From IMG/VR virus record IMGVR_UViG_3300033463_000010, positions 32,001 to 96,000 of that record: a DNA stretch of 64,000 nt. One strand, written 5' to 3'. The stretch is from a virus (lineage: Duplodnaviria; Caudoviricetes). This document shows positions 49,351 through 58,227 of the stretch, piece by piece. The number at the start of each line of letters is the position of its first letter. The stretch's first letter is position 1. Position numbers and translations under genes: made by a program. The notes under the pieces are model-generated. The model ran no database searches. It was not told the origin of the DNA and saw nothing but the letters and a program-made list of their open reading frames with translations.

Positions 49351-49617
49351 ATGGCAGACTCTAAAACGATTGAACGGTTCCTGGATAACAACAGCGGAAT
49401 GAACCCGCAGTGCGTTATGGGTTACGTCGTGGTGGCTGACTTGAAGACACGCTACCGTCCCGACAAGTTGTTCCCCAGGGACCAATACTTAAAATGGGAT
49501 ATGATTTACAACGGTATAGACACCCCGCACCGTTTGGCTAGGGGTGCTGCCGTTGCACCTGTTGACAGGACGTGGCTTGCCACGGAATTGAACGAACAAA
49601 AGGATTTCAAGATATAA
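49351..49617 (+). CDS. LysM-like small baseplate protein (gp53/X-like)
   Basis: YRPDKL...YNGIDTP..L..G. Confidence 0.55.
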   Translation: MADSKTIERFLDNNSGMNPQCVMGYVVVADLKTRYRPDKLFPRDQYLKWDMIYNGIDTPHRLARGAAVAPVDRTWLATELNEQKDFKI

Positions 49618-50420
49618 TGATTGGTTGCGACCTCGGAAACATTGACGAAGTTATAGTCCGCAGGGCTTTGTCGGGCTACACCTTTGCGGAATTTGCCGTC
49701 CCTATGGCTTCTTACTCCGATTCACCGAAGTTCACGCTTACGATTGACGACGTGAAAAAGGAATACAAGGTGGCGGGCAGCGAAGTGTATATGCACGTTG
49801 GCGAGAAGACCCAGGTCAAGATTTCTGCCCTGCTAGGTTCCCAGGAAAAGTGGATGCAGTCTTCGCCTATGTCCGTTGAAAGTGCCGAAGCTGCCGAAAT
49901 TCTAAAAGGTCTAGGTATTGCCGACGGACCTAAAATCCCGATTACGTTCTTGAACCTGTTTTTGAATAACGGGCAGTTGGCTATCCTGCTTGCGAATATG
50001 TCCCCGAAATTTGCTTTCGTGGACTTTGAAAAGGAAAAGGTAGTTTACTATTCCGACCTGTATAAGCAGAAGCCCGTCCAGGTCCAGGTCCCGTTCCGTC
50101 GCCTTTACGGGCGTTCCCCGATTGCGGGGTTTATCGGTTGGGAAGAATCGGTCACGGGTTCCTATCCCGACGACGCACAGACTATTCTGCCGTTCGGACA
50201 GTTCACGAATACGGACCAGGCTGTTATGAGTAACGTGGTGAACAACTGCAACGAAATCGCAAAGCTGTTTAGCGATATGCAGATTTTCACATACTCGCAG
50301 CTTTTGGAAATCGGGTCCACGGTCGTTAGTTCCTTGACTTACGACAAGAAAGTAATCGTTGCGTCCGAAGAACACTACGACAAGAACAGCAACGTTTCGG
50401 CAGTCTATTACTGTATGTAA
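49617..50420 (+). CDS. Baseplate hub protein candidate
   Basis: ATG overlapping the previous stop; position in the tail operon. Confidence 0.45.
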   Translation: MIGCDLGNIDEVIVRRALSGYTFAEFAVPMASYSDSPKFTLTIDDVKKEYKVAGSEVYMHVGEKTQVKISALLGSQEKWMQSSPMSVESAEAAEILKGLGIADGPKIPITFLNLFLNNGQLAILLANMSPKFAFVDFEKEKVVYYSDLYKQKPVQVQVPFRRLYGRSPIAGFIGWEESVTGSYPDDAQTILPFGQFTNTDQAVMSNVVNNCNEIAKLFSDMQIFTYSQLLEIGSTVVSSLTYDKKVIVASEEHYDKNSNVSAVYYCM

Positions 50421-50453
50421 TAAAAATATAACATTTATTTTTGAGAATACCTG

Positions 50454-50482
50454 TTGACGTATAGTAGGTAATTTGTTATATT
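50454..50482 (+). promoter_or_regulatory. Repeated phage promoter
   Basis: TTGACG-17-TATATT with TAGGTAATTTGT. Confidence 0.85.
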
Positions 50483-50515
50483 ATGGTTTTGGATAACCAA
50501 CCGAGGAAAATCATT

Positions 50516-50830
50516 ATGGCAAAATACACTACATTCTCTTTTACCGTGGACGACCTGTTTAACGGTTTGAACAACTCCGACAACTTCACGTCCGTCCAGG
50601 TTCGGACCAGGGATTACAGCGACGGGTATAACCGCATTATGGCTGCTGCAAAGGCACAGTTCGCAGAGGGGACTACGCTTCGCTATGACGTGACGGAAGG
50701 CTGCGTTGATGATTCCAGGTTCGTAATGGACGGTTCCCGTTATACGGTCGTGCAGAGCAAGGACTTTTTCAAACGCCCGCTTCCTGCTACCCTTGAAGAA
50801 TACCGAAACGCAGACAAGAACGACGGCTAG
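50516..50830 (+). CDS. Hypothetical early protein
   Basis: ACCGAGGA RBS after promoter. Confidence 0.7.
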   Translation: MAKYTTFSFTVDDLFNGLNNSDNFTSVQVRTRDYSDGYNRIMAAAKAQFAEGTTLRYDVTEGCVDDSRFVMDGSRYTVVQSKDFFKRPLPATLEEYRNADKNDG

Positions 50831-50977
50831 TAATGGCTTAATCACAGTCTGCACAGTTTATTCACAGTTGTTAATATACTATATTTGAAATAGGGTGCCC
50901 CAAATGTTCTATTGGGTTTAACGTGTTACCTCTTGTTAATGGGGCACCCCAAAATTTTTTACTAGGAGTGACCGCCT

Positions 50978-51718
50978 ATGTCTTTGAAGATACGACTTCA
51001 CGAATCAAGCGTGACCCGCATTATGTCACACTTGAAGAACTACGACTGCGGGACCATTACTGCGTTCCGTGGAACCTGTGCAAACGCTACGGACAACACC
51101 CTGGATTCCGTCAAGGAATACGAGGGTAAGTCTATCCCGCTTTCTGTAAAGAAGCAGTGGAACCGTGACTTGAAAGCAGCCCTGCTCAAGTTGGGCTACG
51201 GTGTGACCGCTATCAAGGGTCGCTACCGTGAAGACGGTTGGGACACCGCTTCGGACGAAGAATCGTTCTTTGTCGTGAACCTTACCGACGACCCCGACTT
51301 TATCAAGAATATGGCTCGCCTGGGCGAAGCCTACAACCAGGACAGTATCTTGATTAAGGAAAAGGGCAGTGACAACGCCTACCTGTTGGGAACCAACACT
51401 AGCGAGGGTGACTTTGACCCCGCCCTGGGCGAAACGCAGGACATTGGTAAGCTGCACGTAAATATCCCGTTGGACTACCTGGGTGCTTCGTCCGTTATCG
51501 GTAACAAGGCATTCATTTTCAAGGGTGACGACGAAAGCAAGAACGAAGCCAACGGCAATCCGTTTTCGCTTGACACGTTCTTTGCTTACGGCAATTACAG
51601 CAAGAGCGGTATTGCCCAACGTGCGAAGCCCGTGTTGGAAGCCCTGGGTCTGCCGACAAGTCGTCCGATAGCTGCATACAAGCAGGCGTTGGAAAATGCG
51701 GTTTCTTTTAATAAGTAA
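50978..51718 (+). CDS. Putative SAM lyase (T3 SAMase-like) with class I leader
   Basis: LKIRLHES leader; ITAFR, GRYRE, EE, ARL, QDSIL in the order recalled for T3 SAMase. Confidence 0.6.
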   Translation: MSLKIRLHESSVTRIMSHLKNYDCGTITAFRGTCANATDNTLDSVKEYEGKSIPLSVKKQWNRDLKAALLKLGYGVTAIKGRYREDGWDTASDEESFFVVNLTDDPDFIKNMARLGEAYNQDSILIKEKGSDNAYLLGTNTSEGDFDPALGETQDIGKLHVNIPLDYLGASSVIGNKAFIFKGDDESKNEANGNPFSLDTFFAYGNYSKSGIAQRAKPVLEALGLPTSRPIAAYKQALENAVSFNK

Positions 51719-51881
51719 CGCATAGTATTATTAGATTTAATAAGCACCCCATAGACAGGAGCTTTTTATTGACGGAACATATTATTTTAATAGCAGCACT
51801 GCGTTAATTTAAGTTGCCACAGATACACACATAGAAAGCATTTTAGTGGGAACGCTTCCTTTGAAATATAGACGTAAGCAT

Positions 51882-53177
51882 TTATGCAAAAAGGTAACGT
51901 TCCCATTTTTGCGAATGATTGCGTTTACTCAAGACTGCATTTCCGATATAGTCGGATAGCAGGAATCTATATTTCAGTTTAGACTCTTTAATTTTAAGGA
52001 ATAGACTCTTCCAGGTTTTCACTCCCGACAGCGTTTGCTTCCATTGCTCGTCTGTTCGTTCAACGTTAAACTTTGGATAGAACCATCCCTTTTCAAACTT
52101 CTTGTATGCCCTACGTGCTATTTCAATGCTCGCTGCCACCATATCGGGAGTTGTAGGGCTACCGTATGCAAAATTCCCAACGATTGAAGAATAGGCAGGA
52201 TTTACTTCAACTAACTCATACTTGTGTATTCCTGCGAGCATCTTCAACTTGTTTATGAATAACTGTTTTTCCCACTTGTTGTTGCATAAACGATTGAATG
52301 TCTTGCCTTTCTTTTGGTCTTTGGGCTTAATACTTAAATCTTCTACTGCAAGTTTACTGCACTTCCAATAATCTACAAGTCTGTTAATCTTGTGGGCTAT
52401 GGCTAGGGTTTCGTGCTTCAACTTATTCGTATAGTATTTAGACTTTGTATCGGTGCTTGCCATACCACTAGGTTTTGTAAGACGTGAGAGGTCATATACT
52501 TCCTTGTGAAGCACTCTAAATTCGTCGTGGTTGTCAAACTCAATAACAGATACACCTATGTAGTTAGGGTTCATATCTATGCCCAAGACACGATTGTGCT
52601 TCAATCCCTTGTAGGCTTCGTTGTAAATCAAGGATTCATCGTAGGTAAGGAACAGGTGCTTGTCCGTGAACTTCACGGTTACGGGCATCTTCTTTTGGTC
52701 TGTAAGTTCTTGAACTTTTGCTAGTTCGTCGGCTAACTTCTTTTTTACAGGACAGAATTGTATTTCTTTATGGATGCTGCTAGAGGGCTTATACTCTATG
52801 CGGTTGTGGGTTAAATCAAAGTTTATGAGTCTGTTGCCCTTATGGTTTTTGCACCCTACGCTGCAAACAGGGTTCATTCGGTTATAAGTGTATTGTTCCC
52901 TGGTTATGTGCTTTGTTAAGTATTGTTTAAGATTATGTATTCCCCCAAAAACGATATGCCTGCTTTTTACGGAATCAAATAAGTTGTGTGCTTCTTTTGT
53001 TGCTGAAAGTATTATCCAACAGTTCACTTGGAAATGCTTTGATACCCGTGCATATACTTCTGTTTCGGGCATTCCGTCTTGAAAGCGATTAAACGCCATA
53101 CGAACCGCACTGCTAAATACACGCATATCATTTAGCACGTCGGGTCTGTTTATTATTTTTAGTTTTACCGTTCTCAC
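51882..53177 (-). CDS. TnpB-related RuvC nuclease lacking a zinc ribbon (tnpB-4)
   Basis: LGIDMNP, VEDLS, VNPAYSS, PDMVAASIEIARR; C-terminal two thirds highly similar to tnpB-3. Confidence 0.82.
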   Translation of the reverse strand: MRTVKLKIINRPDVLNDMRVFSSAVRMAFNRFQDGMPETEVYARVSKHFQVNCWIILSATKEAHNLFDSVKSRHIVFGGIHNLKQYLTKHITREQYTYNRMNPVCSVGCKNHKGNRLINFDLTHNRIEYKPSSSIHKEIQFCPVKKKLADELAKVQELTDQKKMPVTVKFTDKHLFLTYDESLIYNEAYKGLKHNRVLGIDMNPNYIGVSVIEFDNHDEFRVLHKEVYDLSRLTKPSGMASTDTKSKYYTNKLKHETLAIAHKINRLVDYWKCSKLAVEDLSIKPKDQKKGKTFNRLCNNKWEKQLFINKLKMLAGIHKYELVEVNPAYSSIVGNFAYGSPTTPDMVAASIEIARRAYKKFEKGWFYPKFNVERTDEQWKQTLSGVKTWKSLFLKIKESKLKYRFLLSDYIGNAVLSKRNHSQKWERYLFA

Positions 53178-53296
53178 ATCTTAAATATACATTATTCTAT
53201 AACATACAGTATGAGTTATCTTGATAATTTTTTTATTTTTGACGGCATCCTGCTATATATGTAGTAGGTTATTATTTCTATGATAGAGGTCCTAAT

Positions 53297-53689
53297 ATGT
53301 CAAAAAACCACGGGTCAAAAGTGACACCCATATCGGCAAAACTTTTCTATGAAAAAGCAATAGCCGACAAAGCCAAGAATTATGCCGAGTTGTTTAGGGA
53401 GGCGTTTCCTACCGAATCTTCTTTGCTTATTGCCCTTGACAATGCCGCGAGGTTCCTGTCAACGTCCTATTTGGCTTTGAACGGCAACGTGACCGCAGAT
53501 TACTTCTGCCTGCACAGCCCGCTTGCGAACTATCCCGACCAACTGCTTTCCTTGATGGTCCTGTTCGTGGACTGCGGTGTGTTTGTCCCGACGGACGAAA
53601 ACCACTTGACGTTCTCACTTGCCTGTGCGAACACCTGGAAGTTCGTAGGTTTTCAAGCGGACGCACCGCAGGGGGAAGTCAGTAAGTGA
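53297..53689 (+). CDS. Hypothetical protein
   Basis: GAGG RBS. Confidence 0.65.
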   Translation: MSKNHGSKVTPISAKLFYEKAIADKAKNYAELFREAFPTESSLLIALDNAARFLSTSYLALNGNVTADYFCLHSPLANYPDQLLSLMVLFVDCGVFVPTDENHLTFSLACANTWKFVGFQADAPQGEVSK

Positions 53690-53862
53690 GCCGTCATAAG
53701 AAATACCCTGTAAGCACTCACGAAGATTCCGATATGGTGACAGTCCCGAAATGGGAATATGACACCCTGCGTGAAATCGCCAAACTTCACACAGACCTGT
53801 TGGAGCGGGTCCGTGTAAAGCTGCCCACGGTCTATACCGATTTCAAGAAAGCCCACGGGTAG
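53686..53862 (+). CDS. Small hypothetical protein (58 aa, not in the ORF track)
   Basis: GTGA overlap; MSRHKKYPVSTHEDSDMVTVPKWEYDTLRE... Confidence 0.6.
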   Translation: MSRHKKYPVSTHEDSDMVTVPKWEYDTLREIAKLHTDLLERVRVKLPTVYTDFKKAHG

Positions 53863-53888
53863 CCGTCAAAAAAAAATCAAAAAATTTA

Positions 53889-53927
53889 AAAATACCTGTT
53901 GACAAGCAGCAGGTATTTTGTTATATT
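53889..53927 (+). promoter_or_regulatory. Repeated promoter with perfect palindrome around -35
   Basis: AAAATACCTG-TTGACAAGCAG-CAGGTATTTT-GT-TATATT. Confidence 0.9.
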
Positions 53928-53971
53928 TACAGTGTAAAGAGAAAGACAACCACCCACACCGAGGTTCCAAA

Positions 53972-54589
53972 ATGGCGATTAAGTTCTACGACGGCACTGA
54001 AAAGTATAACGGCTGCGTCCTGTATTTGGGCGAAACCAACTATATTGACTCCACCTACTTCTATGCCTTCGTCTATGACAAGGACCAGGACACCTTTATC
54101 AAGGTGGATTACGACTCCGACGCTTTCGCAGGTGGCGGTTCTGCCGAAGTGGACGCTACCCAGGAAGTCATTGACCTTTACAGGGCACGTTCCCAGGCTG
54201 CTATCGCAAAGCTGAATTACGAAACAGCCTGCAAGCTGCACCAATACCGCCTGGACTTCTGCCACTACGCAGGCGTTACTTTCAGCGAAGCCAACCGCCT
54301 GTTCAATTCCTGCGGTAAGACCACCGACACTATCGTGATTATCGGTAAGCTGCTCCACACGAAGACTTTCAAGAGCGACTTTAGAAAGAAAATGGCAGAA
54401 CAGGTCCGTGCGTGGCTCCACGAAGACACCCCGAAGTTCAAGACCCCGCTTTCTATCAATCAGTTGCAGTGCTGCAAAAGCCCCGTCTTCAAGGGCGACA
54501 GCATTTACAAGGCACCCTGGAACAAGGGCGAATACGTTACGCACCTGGATAACGTGGAACGCTTCTTCAAGGGCTACCGCTCCGTCTAA
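53972..54589 (+). CDS. Hypothetical early protein
   Basis: CCGAGG RBS after promoter. Confidence 0.75.
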   Translation: MAIKFYDGTEKYNGCVLYLGETNYIDSTYFYAFVYDKDQDTFIKVDYDSDAFAGGGSAEVDATQEVIDLYRARSQAAIAKLNYETACKLHQYRLDFCHYAGVTFSEANRLFNSCGKTTDTIVIIGKLLHTKTFKSDFRKKMAEQVRAWLHEDTPKFKTPLSINQLQCCKSPVFKGDSIYKAPWNKGEYVTHLDNVERFFKGYRSV

Positions 54590-54596
54590 CTTTTTT

Positions 54597-54636
54597 CAAA
54601 TTACCTGTTGACAACACGCAGGTAATTTGTTATATT
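54597..54636 (+). promoter_or_regulatory. Repeated promoter with perfect palindrome around -35
   Basis: CAAATTACCTG-TTGACAACACG-CAGGTAATTTG-T-TATATT. Confidence 0.9.
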
Positions 54637-54677
54637 CTATGCAGAAACCACGACAACCATTTACCGAGGATAGCACC

Positions 54678-55790
54678 TTGTCAAAGCATAAGAACAAGCC
54701 GAAGAAAATCAATAAGCCCGTTGAAGAGGCGGTGAACCCTATCGTGTTCAACTGCAACGCCCTTTCCGACAAGTTCCTGGAAGACTGCTATTCATCGGCA
54801 GTGGCTAATATCGGTGATAGCACCGACGGTATGCGTGAATGGTGGGAAGACAATATGATGCGTCCTATCCGTGACACGAAATCTGCCACACGCCTGCGTC
54901 GCCTTAAAGTCCTGCCGTTCACCGTCCACGCCTACGAAGAACGCCTGGGTGTCAAGGTGGATATGAACCCGCCCGTAAAGGGCTATCAGCGTTACGTGAG
55001 TAACGGGGGCATTAACGAATTTCTGTGCAACGCCTACATTAAGCCTAGCCCGACCTGCAAGGTCCGCAAGGTGTCCGAACGTGCTATGAAGTTCCTGCTT
55101 TCCCTGGGTGCCCCTGCCGACGAACTGCGTAAGGAATACCGTGAATATCTTTACAACACGGCAGCACAGCAGCCTACTGAATTTGTTTCGGACTGCATAA
55201 ACGGGAAGTTCTATGAGGAACTTTTGGAACTCCCGATTAACGGTCACACAGACTATATCTACCTGGTAGCTTCTACGGAAATGTGCCATATCCTGCACCG
55301 TCGTGACCCGAAGGTGGGCGAGAACGAATACTTCAACATTCCGCTGCACCCGTCCGTCCGTGACAGTGCCTTGCGTGGTGCCACGTTTGAATACGACGAA
55401 CAGTATGATAATTGGTCCACGGGTAACGTGTTTGATGTTGAAGCCCTGCTTACGAACCTGTGGATTGCTGAATCGCTCCGCACCTGCGAAATCTGTTCGG
55501 AACCCGACTACTCCCGCCACGCTTCGGACCGCCCTGTTATCCTGGCGGGTAAGAAGCCGTTGAAGCATTCCCAGGCTTACCGCTATATCCACATTACAGA
55601 CGAAACCTGGAAGAAGTATGAAAGTGCTTCGCAGTGCGTCCGTGAACAAAAGAACTTCAACGTGGCTAGTTGGTATGTTCGGGCACATTACGCCCGTATG
55701 CACGGCAAGACCGTTCTTGTCAAGGCACACTACGCATACCGTCGCAAGGGCGTAGTCACAGAAAATAACGCAGTGGACTATATCGTTTAG
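54678..55790 (+). CDS. Hypothetical protein with C-terminal VRAHY..GK.V.VK motif
   Basis: TTG start after ACCGAGGA. Confidence 0.7.
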   Translation: MSKHKNKPKKINKPVEEAVNPIVFNCNALSDKFLEDCYSSAVANIGDSTDGMREWWEDNMMRPIRDTKSATRLRRLKVLPFTVHAYEERLGVKVDMNPPVKGYQRYVSNGGINEFLCNAYIKPSPTCKVRKVSERAMKFLLSLGAPADELRKEYREYLYNTAAQQPTEFVSDCINGKFYEELLELPINGHTDYIYLVASTEMCHILHRRDPKVGENEYFNIPLHPSVRDSALRGATFEYDEQYDNWSTGNVFDVEALLTNLWIAESLRTCEICSEPDYSRHASDRPVILAGKKPLKHSQAYRYIHITDETWKKYESASQCVREQKNFNVASWYVRAHYARMHGKTVLVKAHYAYRRKGVVTENNAVDYIV

Positions 55791-55810
55791 GTTTTTAATC
55801 CGAGGTATCT

Positions 55811-56110
55811 ATGAAAGACAACCGCTTTATGGTGGCACACAGTATGCTGACCAATACTATCTACGCAGGGACCACGAACAAGGACGGGACCCTGTGGGTG
55901 TCAAAGTCCGAAGTTACACAGCAGGCGATTGAAGCCGTGCGTGACTATTGTGTGCAGGACCTAACCGACACTTATTACAGGGAAACAAAAGGTAATCCCG
56001 ATTACCCGAAGCCTACAACGAAGTCCTACGAATGGAAGCGTAAGGACGGGGCTATCGTTACTTTGAGCGTATCGGTAAAGTTCCCTAACAAAGAAAACAA
56101 AGCCGAATAA
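55811..56110 (+). CDS. Phage hypothetical protein
   Basis: CCGAGG RBS; S.LTNTIYAG motif. Confidence 0.7.
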   Translation: MKDNRFMVAHSMLTNTIYAGTTNKDGTLWVSKSEVTQQAIEAVRDYCVQDLTDTYYRETKGNPDYPKPTTKSYEWKRKDGAIVTLSVSVKFPNKENKAE

Positions 56111-56124
56111 CCTGGAGGACCCCT

Positions 56125-56574
56125 ATGGACATTCAGCAACTTCAAGAAATCCAAAAGTCTTACCGCAGCAAGAAAGTATTAGGCGAGCAGGCACAGAAGA
56201 CCCTTGACGCTTGCAAGCGTGGAATGACCGACGATGCCTACGCATTCAGCGAGGGCTTGACGAAATACCTTAACGAAAACTTCAAGCGTAAGTGGATTAG
56301 GTGGAAAAACCCGCTTAACCCCGAAACGGAATTTTTCAAGTTCGCTATCTGCTTTGAGCAAAGCGGGCGTAACGTGTCCGTTCTGTGTTCGCAGGAATTG
56401 GACGTGTCCTACAAGGGCGACGTTCCCAGGGTAAAGCATTTCCGTTATTCGGAATGCTTCCCGATGACTATGGACTGCAAGGACTGTTCCCTTACGGATT
56501 TCAGCACGGAACCCGTGGACGAAAAAAAGATTAACGCATTCATTAAACTTGCAAAGCAAGTTTCGGAGGAATAA
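56125..56574 (+). CDS. Hypothetical protein
   Basis: GGAGG RBS. Confidence 0.7.
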   Translation: MDIQQLQEIQKSYRSKKVLGEQAQKTLDACKRGMTDDAYAFSEGLTKYLNENFKRKWIRWKNPLNPETEFFKFAICFEQSGRNVSVLCSQELDVSYKGDVPRVKHFRYSECFPMTMDCKDCSLTDFSTEPVDEKKINAFIKLAKQVSEE

Positions 56575-56576
56575 TT

Positions 56577-57272
56577 ATGAGCAAGTTCAACGATATTGCA
56601 AACAAGCTCCCGAAGACCTACACGTTCGGTCGTGACAAGTGGTTTACTGTGACGGACGTTTTGAATCTTGTCACTGAATTGCAGAACGCCCACGAAGAAG
56701 AAATCCAGGAAATCCAGGCAGCACACAAGCACACGCTTGACCGCATTAACTATGAACGCCTGGAACAGTCAAAGACCCTGGTTACGATTGCGGAATGCTC
56801 CCGCTCCGTCCTGGATAGCCTGGTGAACTTCGTTGACCCCCGTCGTGAAATCCAGGAACTCTTGAAGAAGCATAGCGTCACGGAAGCCGAAAGCGTGAAG
56901 CGTCTTGCTGCGAGCGGTGCCCTTGACGGGGTGTTCACCCGTGACGAACTTCAGCGTATCTATGCAGAATGCGACGGTATCGCCCAGGAAAACAGGGGGG
57001 ATTGTATGAGCGGGCAGCGGACCAAAGTTGACGACGTTCTTGACGTAGTTGCCCGTTACAATGAACTGTGCGTCACGTTGCAGAAAGTGATTTACGACCG
57101 TGACGCTATGTCCGTTGACTGCCCCGCAATTTCCCAGGTAATCCCGAACGTGAACCCCTACGAACCGTCACAGAACACGTTGACCCTGGGTTACTTTCCG
57201 CACCGTGGTTCACGCACGGAACGCTTTGTCACTATCCACCGTGACGAATTAGAAAAACTTTTCAACCACTAA
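56577..57272 (+). CDS. Hypothetical coiled-coil protein
   Basis: GGAG RBS, operon packing. Confidence 0.7.
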   Translation: MSKFNDIANKLPKTYTFGRDKWFTVTDVLNLVTELQNAHEEEIQEIQAAHKHTLDRINYERLEQSKTLVTIAECSRSVLDSLVNFVDPRREIQELLKKHSVTEAESVKRLAASGALDGVFTRDELQRIYAECDGIAQENRGDCMSGQRTKVDDVLDVVARYNELCVTLQKVIYDRDAMSVDCPAISQVIPNVNPYEPSQNTLTLGYFPHRGSRTERFVTIHRDELEKLFNH

Positions 57273-57289
57273 CCAAAGAGGAATGCACA

Positions 57290-57625
57290 ATGAAACCCGA
57301 AATCATTATTGTAGATGGCACCGACTTCACGTCGGGAACCAATCGCTTCTATGGAATCCAGGCTACCGTGAGGAAGTTCCTGTTCTTTAAGAAGAAAGTT
57401 ATTGCCTTGAACCCGTTCTGCTACAACACCCCGAAGAAAGCACTTGCAGCAGTTATGGAGCGTTTGACCCACGAAGAACGCAATAAGGCAACTTACTAGG
57501 CGTTCATACAGACCGTTGAAGTTTACGGGTGGTGCAACGGGAAGCCCCTCGCAAAGTATGGCGAGCCGTCCTGGTGGAAAAAGTGGGACTTCACCACGCT
57601 TGCAGAAAAAGCAAAGAATTGGTAA
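57290..57625 (+). pseudogene. 111-codon gene interrupted by an in-frame TAG at 57497-57499
   Basis: The frame stays open with coding-like codons for 41 residues after the TAG. Confidence 0.5.
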
Positions 57626-57642
57626 AATTTTTAAGTTACCTA

Positions 57643-57671
57643 TTGACAGCTACCTGGTAATTTGTTATATT
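57643..57671 (+). promoter_or_regulatory. Repeated phage promoter
   Basis: TTGACA-17-TATATT with GGTAATTTGT. Confidence 0.85.
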
Positions 57672-57702
57672 CATAACGGACCAAACCACAACCGAGGATA
57701 TT

Positions 57703-58185
57703 ATGAACGTAAAACTGTTCAAGAAAATCTGCGAAGAAGAAGGCTTTATTTTCCACGGTGCCATTGTCGGCATTGTGGAATACTCCGTAGCGAACCCCGT
57801 GTTCCCACAGTCCCTTATGAAAGCTGTGGAACTTTCGTGTGAATATGACGACGACGGGGAGCCTACCGACGAACCCTGCATTGACATTTTCATTTCGGAT
57901 GCGTTCTTCCCGTTCTGCAAGGGCTTCAATCGCCACGTCCACTTAAAGGGTCACTACTGCACCGAAGCAAACTTGCGGGACCACTTGAAGCGTGTCCAGG
58001 AAGCCTACAAGCAAATCAAGGAAAACCTCAAGGTGCAGACTACCTTGACCGTGGACCAATTCTGCGATATGCTCCGTGACACGGACGTTAGCATTCACAT
58101 TGACAGTCGTAAGGCTATGACGAAGACGAAGATTACGCTTGACAAGCCTGTTGCAGAATTTTTGAAGGGGTTTAAGAACAAATGA
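57703..58185 (+). CDS. Hypothetical early protein
   Basis: ACCGAGGA RBS. Confidence 0.7.
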   Translation: MNVKLFKKICEEEGFIFHGAIVGIVEYSVANPVFPQSLMKAVELSCEYDDDGEPTDEPCIDIFISDAFFPFCKGFNRHVHLKGHYCTEANLRDHLKRVQEAYKQIKENLKVQTTLTVDQFCDMLRDTDVSIHIDSRKAMTKTKITLDKPVAEFLKGFKNK

Positions 58186-58227
58186 CTTTCAGCAAAGACG
58201 TTGAACTTGCTCTAAAAGGAGGCTCCA

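Noticed and set aside
43816-53177. Zinc-less RuvC proteins as a Cas12f CRISPR system
   Set aside because: No repeat-spacer array or cas1/cas2 seen near either copy
57497-57499. Genome-wide TAG reassignment
   Set aside because: Many genes end in TAG immediately before the next start (3598, 10312, 27237, 59033), and long genes are not fragmented
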